A program made the translations under genes and the position numbers. Shown in pieces: positions 25,575 through 39,419 of a stretch of DNA of 64,000 nt. Location: assembly GCF_018977255.1 (NCBI RefSeq), contig NW_024704743.1, forward strand, positions 58,902,001 to 58,966,000, read 5' to 3'. The DNA comes from Callorhinchus milii. Taxonomy: Eukaryota. How positions within the stretch are numbered: the stretch's first letter is position 1; each line of letters opens with the position of its first letter. The notes beneath the pieces were generated by a model, which was not told where the DNA came from, did not search any database, and worked only from the letters and a program-made list of their open reading frames with translations.

Positions 25575-25940
25575 TCAAGCCCTATGTCAACATTTTTGGT
25601 CAGTGTTAAGCTTACACTCCAGCTCAGTACTAGGGAACCATTCCATTGGCAGAGTGCCATCCTTCAGATAAATTGAGACATTAAGTTCTGTTTTCAGGTT
25701 AGCATTAAGACAGCATGACACTATTAAAAAAAAGGAGATGTTCTCAATTTTCCCTGGCCAACAATCCTTCAGACATATTGATCATTCATCTTGGGGCCGT
25801 TTATGTGATTTTACTTTTTGCATGTTGACTGACATTTGCCTAAAAAAAGAAAACACGAGAGTTGACAATGACCACTGTAAAGCCCTTTTTACAAAGTTAC
25901 GGCGTATAAGGTGCTTTATTAATGCTAAGTACTTTCATTT
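25575..25940 (+). mobile_element. Deu-domain SINE fragment
   Basis: GTGCCATCCTTCAGAT...CCCTGGCCAACA...GATCATT...AAGGTGCTTTAT.AATGC remnants. Confidence 0.55.
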
Positions 25941-25943
25941 TGC

Positions 25944-26272
25944 AAGAGCACTCCCCTTGCAAGTGAGAGGACTTAGGTTCAATTCCCGGCAGCGCAAAAC
26001 GTTGGGCAAGTTTCCTTATTCCACACGCCGGTTTACCTAGCAATAAGTAGGATCCCGGTTGTTAATCAATTGGCGATCGCTTTTCCGGGGTAATTTTTTT
26101 TCAAAAAAAATAATTTGGTCACTAAATCGCCGACTGTGTTGGACATTGCTGTGCACAATTGGCTGCCTACAAAATATAGTCAATTCACTTTACAGTATAC
26201 TCTTCGAAGAGCTTTGAGATGTCTTGAAGACATGATAAGGTGCTATATCAAATGCAACGATTATTATTATCA
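25944..26272 (+). mobile_element. tRNA-derived SINE (long subfamily), 5'-clipped
   Basis: Starts at AGAGCACTC; has the middle block GTTTACCTAGCAATAAGTAGG and a (TTA)n tail. Confidence 0.88.
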
Positions 26273-27119
26273 TCTTTTGTCCTGTATGGCCTAAGATGTC
26301 CATGACAAATGTAGATTATTGGCACTATATCATTCATTCGCTCAATTGTTTTTAAAATGTTGCTTTCATTGTTATTTAACCGTCAAACTACTTACTACAT
26401 TAATGAGTTCAAGCAAGAGTTCTACATTAAACAGTTCAAGCAACTTTCTGTTCAGTTATGTACAAGTTCATAAATTTTTATACAAACAAAAATGTGATCA
26501 AATGTCATCTACTGCCGTTTCCTTCACATCCACAACAGCAGCATTGACCAACACAAGCCCATCACCTAAATCCTTGTTTGGATCCACTCGTTCCCCCATA
26601 CCCCAGCAGATCAAATTCAAAATCCTTGTCATCATTTTTAAATCCCCTCCATGGCCTCACTCATCCCACCTTCTCTCTATGTTCTCCCGCAATCCTACAG
26701 GCGTGACTGCTCCCTCCGCTCAACAAACAACGGCCTGTTTCATGGCCCCACCTGATCTGCTTTCAGCTGTACTGTTTTGGAGTCTTTCTGCCTTGCTCCC
26801 TCCTGGCCTTCAAAACTAACTTATTAAGACCTGCCTTTTTGACTTCACATTTGTGACAACTCTCTCCTCGTCTCACATTCCCATTGTTAAATTAAACCAT
26901 TGGAGAACGTGTGTCTGAGCCATGTCCCAATACAGATTATCAATCCTATTTGAAACTGAACATTCAGTCAGCCCAACAACTTGCATTTATATAGTGCCCC
27001 CTCACACAGGGTAGCGTCCCAGAGCCCAGTTACTGCACCTGACCATACCAGACAGTAAACTGAAATAAAGTTTACACAGAAAGCAACGTTTAAACAATTC
27101 CTTATCAGAAAAATAAATG

Positions 27120-27815
27120 AGCCATATATAGTCTAGATGGTAGGAACCTGAGAGAAGAGGAGCAAACAGATTTGGGAATTCACACTAAAGGTAGCAAAAA
27201 AAAACAGCCAATTGGGTCTTGGGCTTTATATCCAGAGGGATATAATAGTACAAAAGTGGTGAATTTATACAAAACCTTGGTTAGACCATGTGTCCAATTC
27301 TGGTCTCCACACCATAGGAAGGACATAATAACAATGAAAAGAGTACAGCATAGTGAGTGATACTAGAGGGTGTTACCAGGTCTGGTAGTTTACTCCTTTC
27401 AGGATAGAGTGGTTGGGGCCTTTTTCACTACAGAAGACTTTGAAGGGAGAATCTAATAGAAGTGTCGATAATTATAAAAAGGGTTCAATAAGATTAACAT
27501 AAATAGGCTATTTCCACTGGTTGGAGAGTCCATAACCAGGAGACATAAATATAAAATAACAACTAGGACTAAGAGAATTTAGAAGGAACTGCTTCACACT
27601 TCACACAGAGGGTGATGATATTGTGGAACTTGCTGCCTGAAGCAGTGGTTGAATCAGATAGTATAAATGCCTTCTAGATAGAGCAAGACCTTCGCATTAG
27701 ACAGAGGGGAAAAGCAGGTATAGAGAAAGAGTAAATTAATGGGTGATTGCTTGTGTGGAGTATAAACACAGCATCGACTGGTTAAGCCAAGCGGCCCATT
27801 TCCTTTGTAAACCTT
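27120..27815 (+). mobile_element. CR1-clade LINE 3' fragment
   Basis: LYKTLVRP-CVQFWSPHHRKDI...RVQ, TTCACACAGAGGGTG...TGGAAC, and a typical CR1 3' end. Confidence 0.85.
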
Positions 27816-28160
27816 TGCCTCCAATAATGAACTCAGTAGACATCTTGCATTTTTGCACACAGCAACATCCCACAAAACAGCCATGAATTTTATTTGGGGG
27901 CTTGTTGGCTGGGACACAGGGAGAAACGCCCTTCTCTTTTCGAATAATGCCATGGAATCATTAACGTCCACCTGAACAGACAGACGGGAACTCGGATTAA
28001 CGTGTCACCCAAAGATGGTACCTCTGACAATGCACCGCTCCCCCAGCATTGGAGACCCGGTGTGTCAGCCTGGATTATCAGTTCAAAATCCTGACATGGA
28101 GCTTGAACCCACAACCTTTTGACTCAGAGCGAGGGTGTACCAACATGAAACTTACCAGGC
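27815..28160 (-). mobile_element. Ancient Deu-domain SINE
   Basis: Minus strand: head GAGTCAAAAGGTTGTGGGTTCAAGCTCCA and core GTCTGTTCAGGTGGACGTTAATGATTCCATGGCATTATTCGAA. Confidence 0.8.
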
Positions 28161-28289
28161 ATTGTATATTTTGGGAGCTGTGCTAGGAGTTCACAGTCCC
28201 AATAACAAGCTGGTAATCTTAAAACATAAAAACATTAAAAAAAGGATATCACCAAAGCAAGATATTATTAAACACCAAATACATGTAGA

Positions 28290-30164
28290 AAATTGCCAGT
28301 TTTTATTCATGCTTTTTGCTATTAACTTTATTTAAATAAGACACAAGAACTATATACTGAAAAAATACAAAACAAAAGCCACACGATGCATTATTTAAAG
28401 AAACATTGTGTGGCAACTCATAAATACTGTTTAGCACAATGGCTAGAAATAACAGTAACTATGTACAAAATTTCAAACAAGTTTTTAAACAATGTATCAG
28501 ACAAACAATATTTCTACATCAGGATGTAAGATACACGCAGAGGCCATTAAATGTTGGTTTAATTTACATTTTAATGTATTAGCTAATTTACCAACCAATT
28601 TGGTTCAAAACCTTATAAAGATCACAATCAGAACAGATTTGCAACAGTGTTTGGTAAAATTAATATCTAGTTTCTCAGGTGATGGGTGGCGTTGGGAAAG
28701 GCTTTGGACTGACCCTCAGGGCTGCATAAGCAGCTCAGCCACAGGTACAACTTGTAGCAAGGAACGAGGATAAACGTAACACTGGGTGCTGGCTGCCATT
28801 GAATGCTTAGCCCTGATTCTTCTTGTTAAAATAACTGGCAAGTTCTTCATTCTTTCCAGCGTAACCTTTTTGGACTAAGTAAGGTAATAAATTCTCATTT
28901 AGCAAAGTGAATCCTTAACCGTAACCAGCTACGTTGAAACTCAGTCCATCACACTTCTGTGCCAATTCATCCATTATAGTTCAGTTAAATAACCACTGAA
29001 AACTGCGTAAACAAGGTTAACATAAAAGTGGGGAGGGAGAGAAAAGGGGTGGAAATAAAAAAAGATGAGAAACCAAACATTAATTTTATTTGATCTTTGT
29101 AACAGCATTTCGCTTGTGTATCTGCCAATTCCAAACTTTGCACACGCAAAAAAAGGGATCAAATGCAACATAAGAACCTGAAGAGTCCGGTTATGTAACT
29201 TGGAACAGTTTGATCGTGGAGATCTCTTCACAACATGGAATGTTTCTTATATACAGCCTAGTATTCAACACTTTACTGTATGTGTAACAGCTTAACAGTC
29301 TTCAACACCTGAAACTTCTTTTTAAAACTCTGAAATGTCACGCAAAACGATTGATACGTTTTAAAACAATGGTTTATGCAATTTTATTTCTACCCAACGT
29401 CCACTTAAACAAATGATGTGGGACATCACTGTAATTAATGCTGGTACTTTTATACTGTTCGACCGTGTCCGGGTCTCCCTGGACGCAAGTACAACGGCTT
29501 TTTAAAGAAAGTGGAATGTAATGAGGAAAGGTTAATGTACAAAAAGGAAAGGCAAGAGTGATGCTTACCCTAAACTCTCACTTAGCTTTTTTTCAGCCCA
29601 CAAATTCGTTAAAATCCTATGCGGATATACATTCCAAATTACCTGAGTTTAGACTTCACCTGAAGTACCTGAAGCTAGGCCATAGGGTGGGCACTGTGCA
29701 ACTGGTGTGGCCTTTTTTTTTTTGCATTGTATGTGTTACAGAATTTATAAACTTAAACAACCTGGATTGTTTGTAAACATAATATTTTTTTCTCCATAAC
29801 GTAACATAACATCTATTTTTCTATCTTTTAGACAGGCATTTTTTTTTTGATATACAGCTTATTCTTACTGTAGGAGATGGAACAGAACACAGGACACAGC
29901 ACTAACCCATCTAAACGTACCATGTAATGCATAGTCCGCACTTAGAACACGTAAATGAAGCATGTGTTTTTGCAAGCATTACTGCTTCTCACAAACATTT
30001 CCTAAAGAGGAATTCTATCCCTGCCAAGAACAGTGGAAGATATGCTACAATGCTAAGAACGGTTGTTCAGAATGCAGGTGCTACTCCATGCAGATGTTCA
30101 GATATATAGACCAACCCGACAAGAGGGCAGAGGCCTGCTCTACCTGGGTGGGGGAGTCCAGGGG
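28290..30164 (-). other. GLCCI1: GLCCI1 3' UTR (~1.9 kb)
   Basis: AU-rich stretch with no recognisable transposon, running from the stop codon to tandem minus-strand AATAAA signals. Contains a Pumilio-type TGTACATA (plus-strand 28460-28467). Confidence 0.65.
28302..28332 (-). terminator. Tandem polyadenylation signals of GLCCI1
   Basis: Plus-strand TTTATT at 28327-32 and 28302-07, with a downstream GT-rich tract (minus-strand TGTATTTGGTGTTT, ~28270-83). Confidence 0.6.
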
Positions 30165-30536
<372 letters not shown>

Positions 30537-31697
30537 TTAATACTTTTAAAAAGAAGTTTGTCTGTCCCCGGACATTCAGTTAGTAACCAGTAGTGGAAAT
30601 AAAAATAATTTCACATTCGCAGGACAATGCAGGCCTTTCAAATGACTGACAGGCAAGGCTTGAAAACTGCAGCAATGGAGAGGTGCTGGATTAAGTCCCG
30701 AGGCAGGAACAGAGCAATGTACAGGGCTGGGAAAGTCTATTGCAGCCCATCTGGCCAGAAGCAAAGTTAAAAATAATCCTGCACTGCTTTCTGTCTCAAA
30801 TCTCTTAATCAATTTCTTTGCCAAATAGCTCTCTAAAATCCCTACTGAATTTGTTAACATAATCTGCCTCTACTGCCTCCCTGGGTAATCCATTCCACAT
30901 ATTCATTACTTTCTGCGCTAAGTAGATAAATCCAAACAGTCTGTTCACCCGAGAGAACAAACAGAGATTGAAACTTTAAAAAAAGGTCAGACACCTACAA
31001 TGGATTGACACCAGTTTCTAATCCAAAACCAGTATTTCTGTTATCAGATGTAAAACGATATTCATAACTTTTAATGTGAAAATTCCAAGATGTTGCATTA
31101 GTTGAAAACATGCTATGACTGTGAGCGTGGAATAGACTTTGCTAGAGACAAGACACAAACACCTTGTCATTTGTAATAATAGATAGTGCTCACTACTAGC
31201 CATGCAGTTAGTATTCAACAAGATTACACAGAGAGATCAATGCAAACTGCAGTCAGGTAGTATTTTGTGCACTGTCCCAATCATACCACTATATGTGTAC
31301 AAAGCTTCACAAACAAAAACATCGCTGTCACAGGTATGGTGTGTGAACTGGGACACTTATTTTATAACAGGAATAAAGTTCTGTTGTATTTCAGGGTTAT
31401 TGAGCACAATGAATATTTCAAACCTTCGCTATTTCCTCTCACTCTACTCTTGACCCCATAATCAACGTCTTGCTATACAAAACCAAATGTTCAAATGCAG
31501 GAATCCTGGGAAGTCCGGGACATAGAATCACCTTGCCTTATTAAACTGAAGATAAATAACTCTCACCCATGTTATTTGTCATGTTTTGAATGTTTTGTGG
31601 AAGGTTGGAAGGTAGCAGATTATTGGAGACTGACAGACCAACCTTAAGCAGTGATGTTTACACCAGTTTTAACAAGACTGTCACAATGACGTTACTT

Positions 31698-31769
31698 AGC
31701 ATCAGATCTGAGGAGGAGAATAGAGGGAGACTCTACTTACAGGGAAGAAACACGAACTTTAGGGATGAA
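31698..31769 (-). pseudogene. Decayed partial duplicate of the GLCCI1 last exon
   Basis: AGCATCAGATCTGAGGAGGAGAATAGAGGGAGACTCTACTTACAGGGAAGAAACACGAACTTTAGGGATGAA aligns by eye with 30382-30458, with small indels. Confidence 0.8.
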
Positions 31770-34464
31770 AAAGGTCAGGTGGAACATGATTCACCACTGG
31801 ATCTACACCTAGGGGACAATATGTCTCCTTTACAGCATGGGAACACCAGCTGACATGCAATGTAAGTGGGCAGAGGGCTGATCTAGGATGCGAGTGGAGT
31901 GATCCAGATTCACTCACAGCAGAAGTAACAATGGGGCATTAGATAGACATGTATCTACATTACACACATAGATAGGAAGGAACAAAGAAAGGCCCAGACA
32001 CCTATCAGTCCCTCCAATATTTACCTACACATCTCTTCTGGTGGTGACTATTCAATCTGCTCTTTATTTATTTGCAAAAGAACAAAAATGTTGTCACACT
32101 AGCTTCCCAGACCTTGAACCTGGTCTCCTGCAGAGCTTTCAGATGGTTGGTGCTGCAGTGGTGGGAATGTCATGCATTTTCTAAGCTTTCAGGCGGAAAA
32201 GAATAATTGAAATTACAGCCGAGGAGCAGCCCATTTGGTTGTTCAACCCTTTGCTACTGCTAGTTCCTTCACTGGCGCTAAATACTTTAATCCCAACTCC
32301 CTGCTCTTTCCCTGTACCCTTCTGTATTGTTTTTCCTCAAATTTTCATCAACGTCCCTTCGCATATGTTATGGTCTCAGAAAGGAATCAATGAAATTATA
32401 ACATGGCTTATGAAGCCTATGCCGGTTCTAGCTGCCTCGCTTCAGGTAGATTAATCCCAATTCATAGCTCTTTCCCCTTTTATGTTGTTTCTCTTTAAAT
32501 AAGCATCCAAACCCCTTTTTATTTGACGTTAAGATATCAGGTCTCAATAACAAAACAATCCGTATTAACCTTGTGTGTGAAGACAATTCTTCTGACCTCC
32601 TCAAATCTTCTAGTGACAATCCAGTTACCAATATAACGATCAGTGGCAATAATCTTTCACTAAAAAGTATACACTAAAAACCTTTCAGAATTTTGAAAAC
32701 CTTGATAAGATCAACCTCTAAAGAAATTAATGGGTGAGAGGGGGAAGGAAAAAGAGAGATTCCTAACAAATATAATGATTATCCCGGGTATCTATTCTTC
32801 TGCTAGTCAGTAAATGTACCAACTGTGGCACTATGAGGTCTCATAGGACTTTCCCATTCTAAGGTCACACCACCAATGCAGGTTAATACATTCAGAATCT
32901 CACCCTGTATTTTCTTAAAGTTCAGTCTGTCGCTCGATAAGAGGTTTTAGACATGGTCAGATGTGGCTATTTTTTTTTTTTACCTTACCAAATATAGAGT
33001 AATTAACGTTGAGGAAAGATTTGTAATTTTTGCCAGTAAATCCCCAAATGTTTAGTTTTTAAAGGAAGAGGAAGTGATGGTCAGTGTTTTGATCATTTGG
33101 GTGAATTTGTCGTTAGGAAATGTTTATTTGTCTCAGTCTTTTGTCTCAAATTGCATTTTATGATTTGAACTGAATTGCGTTAATTCAGACAGACACAGTT
33201 TTATTATTTTTTAAGAAGTATTCAAGCTTGGGCCAGCTTTTTTGATGGATAGCAAACTTTATAGTTCACAAGATTGATTCTTATTCTTTTGCAAATTGCT
33301 ATCTTTATTTTGTTTGCCAGCTTTCATTAGGCCGGTTTCTCCCCGTGAATATTCAGTTACCCTTTTAACCGAATCAATAAATGATGCAAACAACATGCCT
33401 AGTTTCATTTATAGAAAAAAATAATAAAGAGCCACTTCTCATTAGGAGGGTAGCACTGTCTGCTTGTGGGGGGTGGGGGGGGGTTATAAGGAAATGCATT
33501 CATCTAATCCTGTAATATATCCTCTTCAACAATAGGCTTTGATCTTGCCAGTTCACTATGTACATTTGTTTTTGTTATAGATGGTGTCAGCATACTTACG
33601 TGTAAAATTAAAGCTTTCTTTCACCACACTGGTGTCACTGGGTTTTAGCTCTGCCCTTTTATCAAAGGACACAGAGTTCTTTGTCTCTCGTTCACACAAC
33701 TAGATATTTTTATATAGAAACTCCCTACAGCTTTAACTTGTATCTCTTCACAACCACAATGCTGAGCCAATGACAAAGAAAAGGAGATCTGTGGAATATT
33801 TTGCTCAGGTGTGTATCCAAAAGGCAGGATAGATCAGGTAACTTTGGAGCAAACTTTGGAATCTCTCGAAGCATACAGTATGTCGAACATCTAAATTTAG
33901 TTATAAAATCTTCCAGGTTGGGTTACAGCAGTAGGAGTTACACAAATGCAGACTGTCTGCATCCCCACGTTCCCCTCAAGCACCCAGATGTGGGTCTCCA
34001 CTTACCTGACTGATATACCACAACCGCCCCCTCGCTCGTTCATTGTAACAAAACTATGCCAAATAAGCAGCAGTCATCTGGACTTCTGAAGTGCAAAGTT
34101 TTAAAATGAATTGTTAATCTAGAGCTGGAATTTTTTTTACAATATTCTAAACATCGGAACAAATGAAAACAGGAATGAGGGTCCGCTCAAATGCATTTCA
34201 CCCATTTATTAGATCTTAGCAAGTCTTTTAATCTCAATGCCCCGCCCTTTCACTATACCCCTAATAGAGTCATGTAAACATAGCCTCCATGTCTCGAGGA
34301 GCACTCTTTACTCACACCGTTCCTGTGTACAGAAAAAGGTGATGGGATTTGCTGCCAACACGACAAACAAAAAGAAAAGTATTTGTCGTCCATTGTTGCT
34401 CAGTCTATTTGGGTGGTTTGCAGGAAACAGTCAATAAAACAAAATACAGAACTTTTACTACTTA

Positions 34465-34653
<189 letters not shown>

Positions 34654-35454
34654 CTATAAATCACACAAATTGCCCCAGGTATGCGAAACCTAAATGTTTC
34701 CATTTATTAGATCTTATTAGATACTTTTAAATTTATTTCTATTCAGAGTCTAATGTCTTTCATTGGTTGACATGTGTCACTATCAACAAAGAAAAACTCA
34801 TCCATCCTGAACAAACGTAAGCTCCAGAGCTGTATTAATGCAGCATAAAACTGCACAGAATTTTTATTTTATTTTTGAGGGATGGGGGGGGCTCCACGTC
34901 TGTCACTGAGGTGAAGAGAATGAATGCTTCAAACTAGAGGTGTTATGCTCAGTCTTTATCTTATATTTTGAGGAAATTGTAAATGCTGGAAAAAAATGTC
35001 AAGGTGAAAGGCATGGGCCTGAATTACAAACGTAAATGTATTAAAATGTAAATATGAAAGTGATTATAGAATTTTGAACATAATCCAAATATTATCTTGG
35101 GGAACAGCACACAATGAATGGATCATTCTGCTTCACTTTGAGCAGATCTGGGATAATCAGCCCAGCGTAGGCATAAGTAATTCTGCCTGTCTTTATGCAA
35201 AGGATACCGATCGATCATTTATATGCTCAGCACCACCGTCAGGACAATGCAGGATCAAAGAGAAAGAAAGAGTGTGCATTTTTCAGACTGAATTAGCAAC
35301 AGTTAAAGGTGCAACATTTCAGATAAAGAATGTTTCACAATCAATGAGCACAGGATTTTAACAAAGCAACAATAATTCCCTGTGAACGTCATGATTGATA
35401 TAGCAAAACGTTAGCATTCTCTATTTTTAAAAGAAGGACTGGAAAATAATAATT

Positions 35455-36180
35455 TGTATCTTGAATATTAATATTAGTGTCAATATCAGTGTGGAGTTCA
35501 ATGGACTCAATGGAGCAACTGCAATATAAAGTACCGCACTATAGAAATCAACAGTACAAACAGAAAATCATAAAGCACAAGGAACTCAAAGCATCCAGTG
35601 CAGTGTAAGTGTACAGTACCCACAAGCCCAGGGATTCACCCCCATCCCTACTGACCTTTTCCACCTCTACAGAATACAGGCTGAAGACTCCATCCCCCTG
35701 CTCATGTCCCTGTTACCATTTTCACTAATCCACTGATCAATAAAGCATCTTACTTCACAGCTTCTGCACTAGACACTACCCTCTCTCTTCCTCTCTCTCT
35801 GTACTGCTCTGCAAATCCAAAATGAAGGAACTAAACCTAAAAATGCTCGTAATAGCATTCTTAAAATGTGAAAAGATCTCCAGCAACAATATAGACTTTG
35901 GCGAGTGTTTTTATACTTCAGCACCATCCACAATGTCTCTCAAACAACTTCATCCAGATGGCTCTCAATCTGCCAAATCTGCATTGCACTACCGGCTCTC
36001 AGTTTACTACATGAAACTTATGCAGCATTCATTGTACTATCAATCAATCAATCAATCAATCTGAATTGTGGGGACTGGTTTCATTCAAAGCATAATTTTC
36101 AATCAAGAACTTGACAAATCATTTTTCATGATTGGAATGTATCTTGAACATTAATATTAGTGTCAATATCAGTGTGGAGT
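35455..36180. repeat. 43-bp direct repeat pair (35455-35497 and 36138-36180)
   Basis: TGTATCTTGAA(T/C)ATTAATATTAGTGTCAATATCAGTGTGGAGT occurs twice with one mismatch. Confidence 0.9.
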
Positions 36181-36788
36181 ATCAGTATGATATGGAATAT
36201 CAGGTATCACCAACTCAAAATATCTCGGACCCGAAGTAGCAGCTTATTAGAAATCACCCCAGTATTGATCACAATCAGAAGATTCCTGTGACCCAATTTC
36301 CCAGAGTCTTAGCCTTGGAATTAAAATTCAAAATTGCACCAAATTTTGAAAAACTCAAATTCAGTCTTGATTTGGAAAAAACTGCAGAAAACTGGGTTTC
36401 CAATATAGCTGAATTTAAAACATTTCCAAAATATTGCACAATTTTAAATTTAAGACTGAAGGCTAAAACCACATGGGGATAGGAATTCAGCCAAGTCTAG
36501 AGTTACTCTATTTTCTCAGCATTTCAGAGTAGGTTGAAGCAAGTAGCATCAATGCATTTAAGAGAAACCTTGAGGGAGAAGGGAATAGAGGGTTACAAGG
36601 AGAGTGAAATAAGAAGGGTGGAGGCTAATGTGCAGTAAACTCTGGCACAAACTGGCTGGGCAGAATGACCCATTTCCGTGCCATGTCACTAAGTAATTAT
36701 CTAATTTTATGTATACAGAATTTAGCAAACTTTTAAAACACACTCCTGTTTTGAAGCCGCATTACTCTTAAGTTTCTTTTAAGTACAG

Positions 36789-37106
36789 AATAATAATAAT
36801 CCTTGCACTTGATATAGAGCTTTTCACATCGGGAGGACGTCCCAAAGTGCTTCACAGAACACACTGTAAAGTGAATTGACTGTATATTTGTGGGCGAACG
36901 CGGCAGCCAATTGCGCACAGCAATGTCCCACAAACAGTCGTAGATTGAAAATGCCCAATTTATTATTGTTTTTTGTTTTGGAGGGATTATTATTAGGCTC
37001 TGTGTGGAGTAAGGAAACTTGCCCAAGGTTTCGCCCTCTGCCTGGAATTGAACTCAGGTCTCTCGCTTGCAAAGCGAGTGCTCTAACCACTGAGCTACAG
37101 GACTCC
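36789..37106 (-). mobile_element. Young tRNA-Ala-derived SINE (short subfamily)
   Basis: Reverse complement of the 12625 copy with few differences. Confidence 0.93.
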
Positions 37107-38930
37107 ACAAAAGACCAGCTTCAAAGTTAAGACTTCAACAATTTCCCAAATTCAGAACACTCGGGAAATGCTAAGTGAGTATAGTAAATCTCACTTACTA
37201 GGTCTCATCTCAATCCCAGGTGGAATTCTCCCCTTATCATGACATCAAATGATGTAATGCAATTTATATTATTGTATCAAGTAACTGCAATCAAAGTAAA
37301 CTATTTGACATTTTCTCCTCCCCTCTAATAATGTCAATCCATTTCAACCCATGCAAACTAGATGCTAAATATCAACCAAGAAAAGCAGCTCATTAAAATA
37401 AGAAGAATCTGGAAGTCTACCTCACTGTTCATGACCTGAAATTCCTAATATTGGCATTACATAGATGCGATTGTTCTAGTGCAAACAGCTAGGAGCGAGA
37501 ATCAGCAATCAATCTCTAATGGACAAACTTGGCAAATTAGGCCTCCCCAACACTGAGAAGAGGCAGACTGAGTTGAAGGCACAGACATTAGAGATACCAC
37601 AATAGAATTGTATGAGCAATACAGTCAGAACTAACAGATGCAAGTATGCATTGCATTATACCCAGACTTAAACTTATAAAGTACAAAACTCATCTGTCTG
37701 TGTTCAATTGAACCTATACAGGGATGGAATCACTCAGACAAGATATCAAGGACTCTCAACACATCCTGACAAATTACTAAAGCAGCTCACATCTTCCTGA
37801 ATGCACCAGTCCTGACCTTGAACCAGGTCTTGAACAATGTGCCTTGTGCAAAATACATTAAGAAACACCACAACAGAAGCCACAGCTTTCAAACACGGAA
37901 GGATCACCATAATTGGGCCACCACAGACAACAGTGTATTAATAGACCCTGAACCTATGAGTCTATCAATGGAACCACTCCATGGTGTGCATTGTATGTCA
38001 GTGTACAGGACAAATAGGAATGCAATACATTAAAGGCTCAGATGTATATATTCCGACAGTGAACAGACCACTTTTACAGAGGGTGGGGGAATGAAGGAGG
38101 AAGTGGGGGGGAGGAGGGTGAATGTTGCATTTGACAAAGTTTGACCAACAAGAAAATCGCAACATTCCTATGCAATGTTGAAAACAAAGAGTGGGTGACG
38201 GGCCCATTGAAGCTCATCCACGTTTTGACATATTAAGCAACGGACTGAACAAAGGGAGGATTCCTTTCTGCTACAGGGATGAATCTGTTGGTGCAGGAGT
38301 CATCACTCGGCTGGGACTCGACCCTCTTAGTCCAAGTTTAATGTAACTGTGGACCATGTCCGACAGCTCTGCTACTTTTGATGAAAGTTATTTATTCTTA
38401 TAATCGACACAGGTTCCTTTACAATATTCTAAAAAGGTTTCAAACTCCCATCGCTCAGGGTATGTGAATAACGGGGGCATCTGAAAAGAACCTTTACCTG
38501 CCCTGGTGGCATGTAGCAAGGATTTTTCGCTGAAGTGCCTCAGTCCCTCGTCTCCGTGTCCTGATTCCAACTGCTTACGCTGCTCTTGGCAGGAGAAGCC
38601 GGGCTTCCTCAGCATCCCCTCGGATATCTTTCGGAGACCACGACGGATTGTGGGACAATGTCCAGATAAATGTCATGTGGCCCTACCAGCTTTTTTTTCT
38701 CAATGAAGGCAGTGAGCTTTGCAAAGACATTTGAATAGAAAAGCCAATAGATGTCACTGCCTTCAAAATATCCTCACTTATTTCAAGGTTTCAATTCCAA
38801 GTATGTAAGTGCTTCATGCACTCAAACACTTTCAACACTAAACAAAATTCTGGGAGGAAAAAAATATTATGCAACAGCAACACTGGCATGAAGCATACAT
38901 AATAGTCTTTCACTGAAAATCAGCATTTAC

Positions 38931-39020
38931 TTGTCTTGCTCCCAGAGGTACGGTTCATGCAGCTCAATTTTAAACTGTTCCTCTGTTTGTTATACCGGAG
39001 GAAAAGGATATGATGCCCTA
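38931..39020 (-). CDS. Candidate 90-nt in-frame cassette exon of GLCCI1
   Basis: Acceptor gcatttcttgtttttacAG and donor AA|GTAAAT; phase 1-1, matching the host intron, with no stop codon. No homology recognised. Confidence 0.3.
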
Positions 39021-39419
39021 CTGTAAAAACAAGAAATGCATTATTTTCTAATGTAAAGACAATATGATGGTTCGCTGGGACGAAAAGAGGCAGAGATGAT
39101 TCCTTAGTAAGTAATCCTGCTAGAATTCCCAACCCATGGGAACTCTGCTCATGAAGACGAATGTATTAGAGAAGAGTTTCCGTTGTCAGGACGGTGTACT
39201 TCCGGTTATCAGAAGGAGGCGTCCTCATTCCCGTGACTCAGATTCCTTATTAATGAATTTTGTTAATCGTTTTTTTTGACCGATCACGAGAGCAGAACTA
39301 ACTGGTGGATAGATTCAAAACAAAAAGACCTGAAATGAGTCTAAAAATGGGAAAAATGGTCTTTTTCTGTGCTGGTATGGTTCTGGTTTGCTTCTATACT
39401 TCCACACAAGTCTCCACCC

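Noticed and set aside
26392..26445. Small tandem duplications (also 4173, 7192, 14430, 19729, 63103)
   Set aside because: Ordinary slippage duplications with no further structure.
38388..38706. Short ORFs in a CpG-richer intronic patch
   Set aside because: No homology recognised and no convincing splice sites in phase with GLCCI1.
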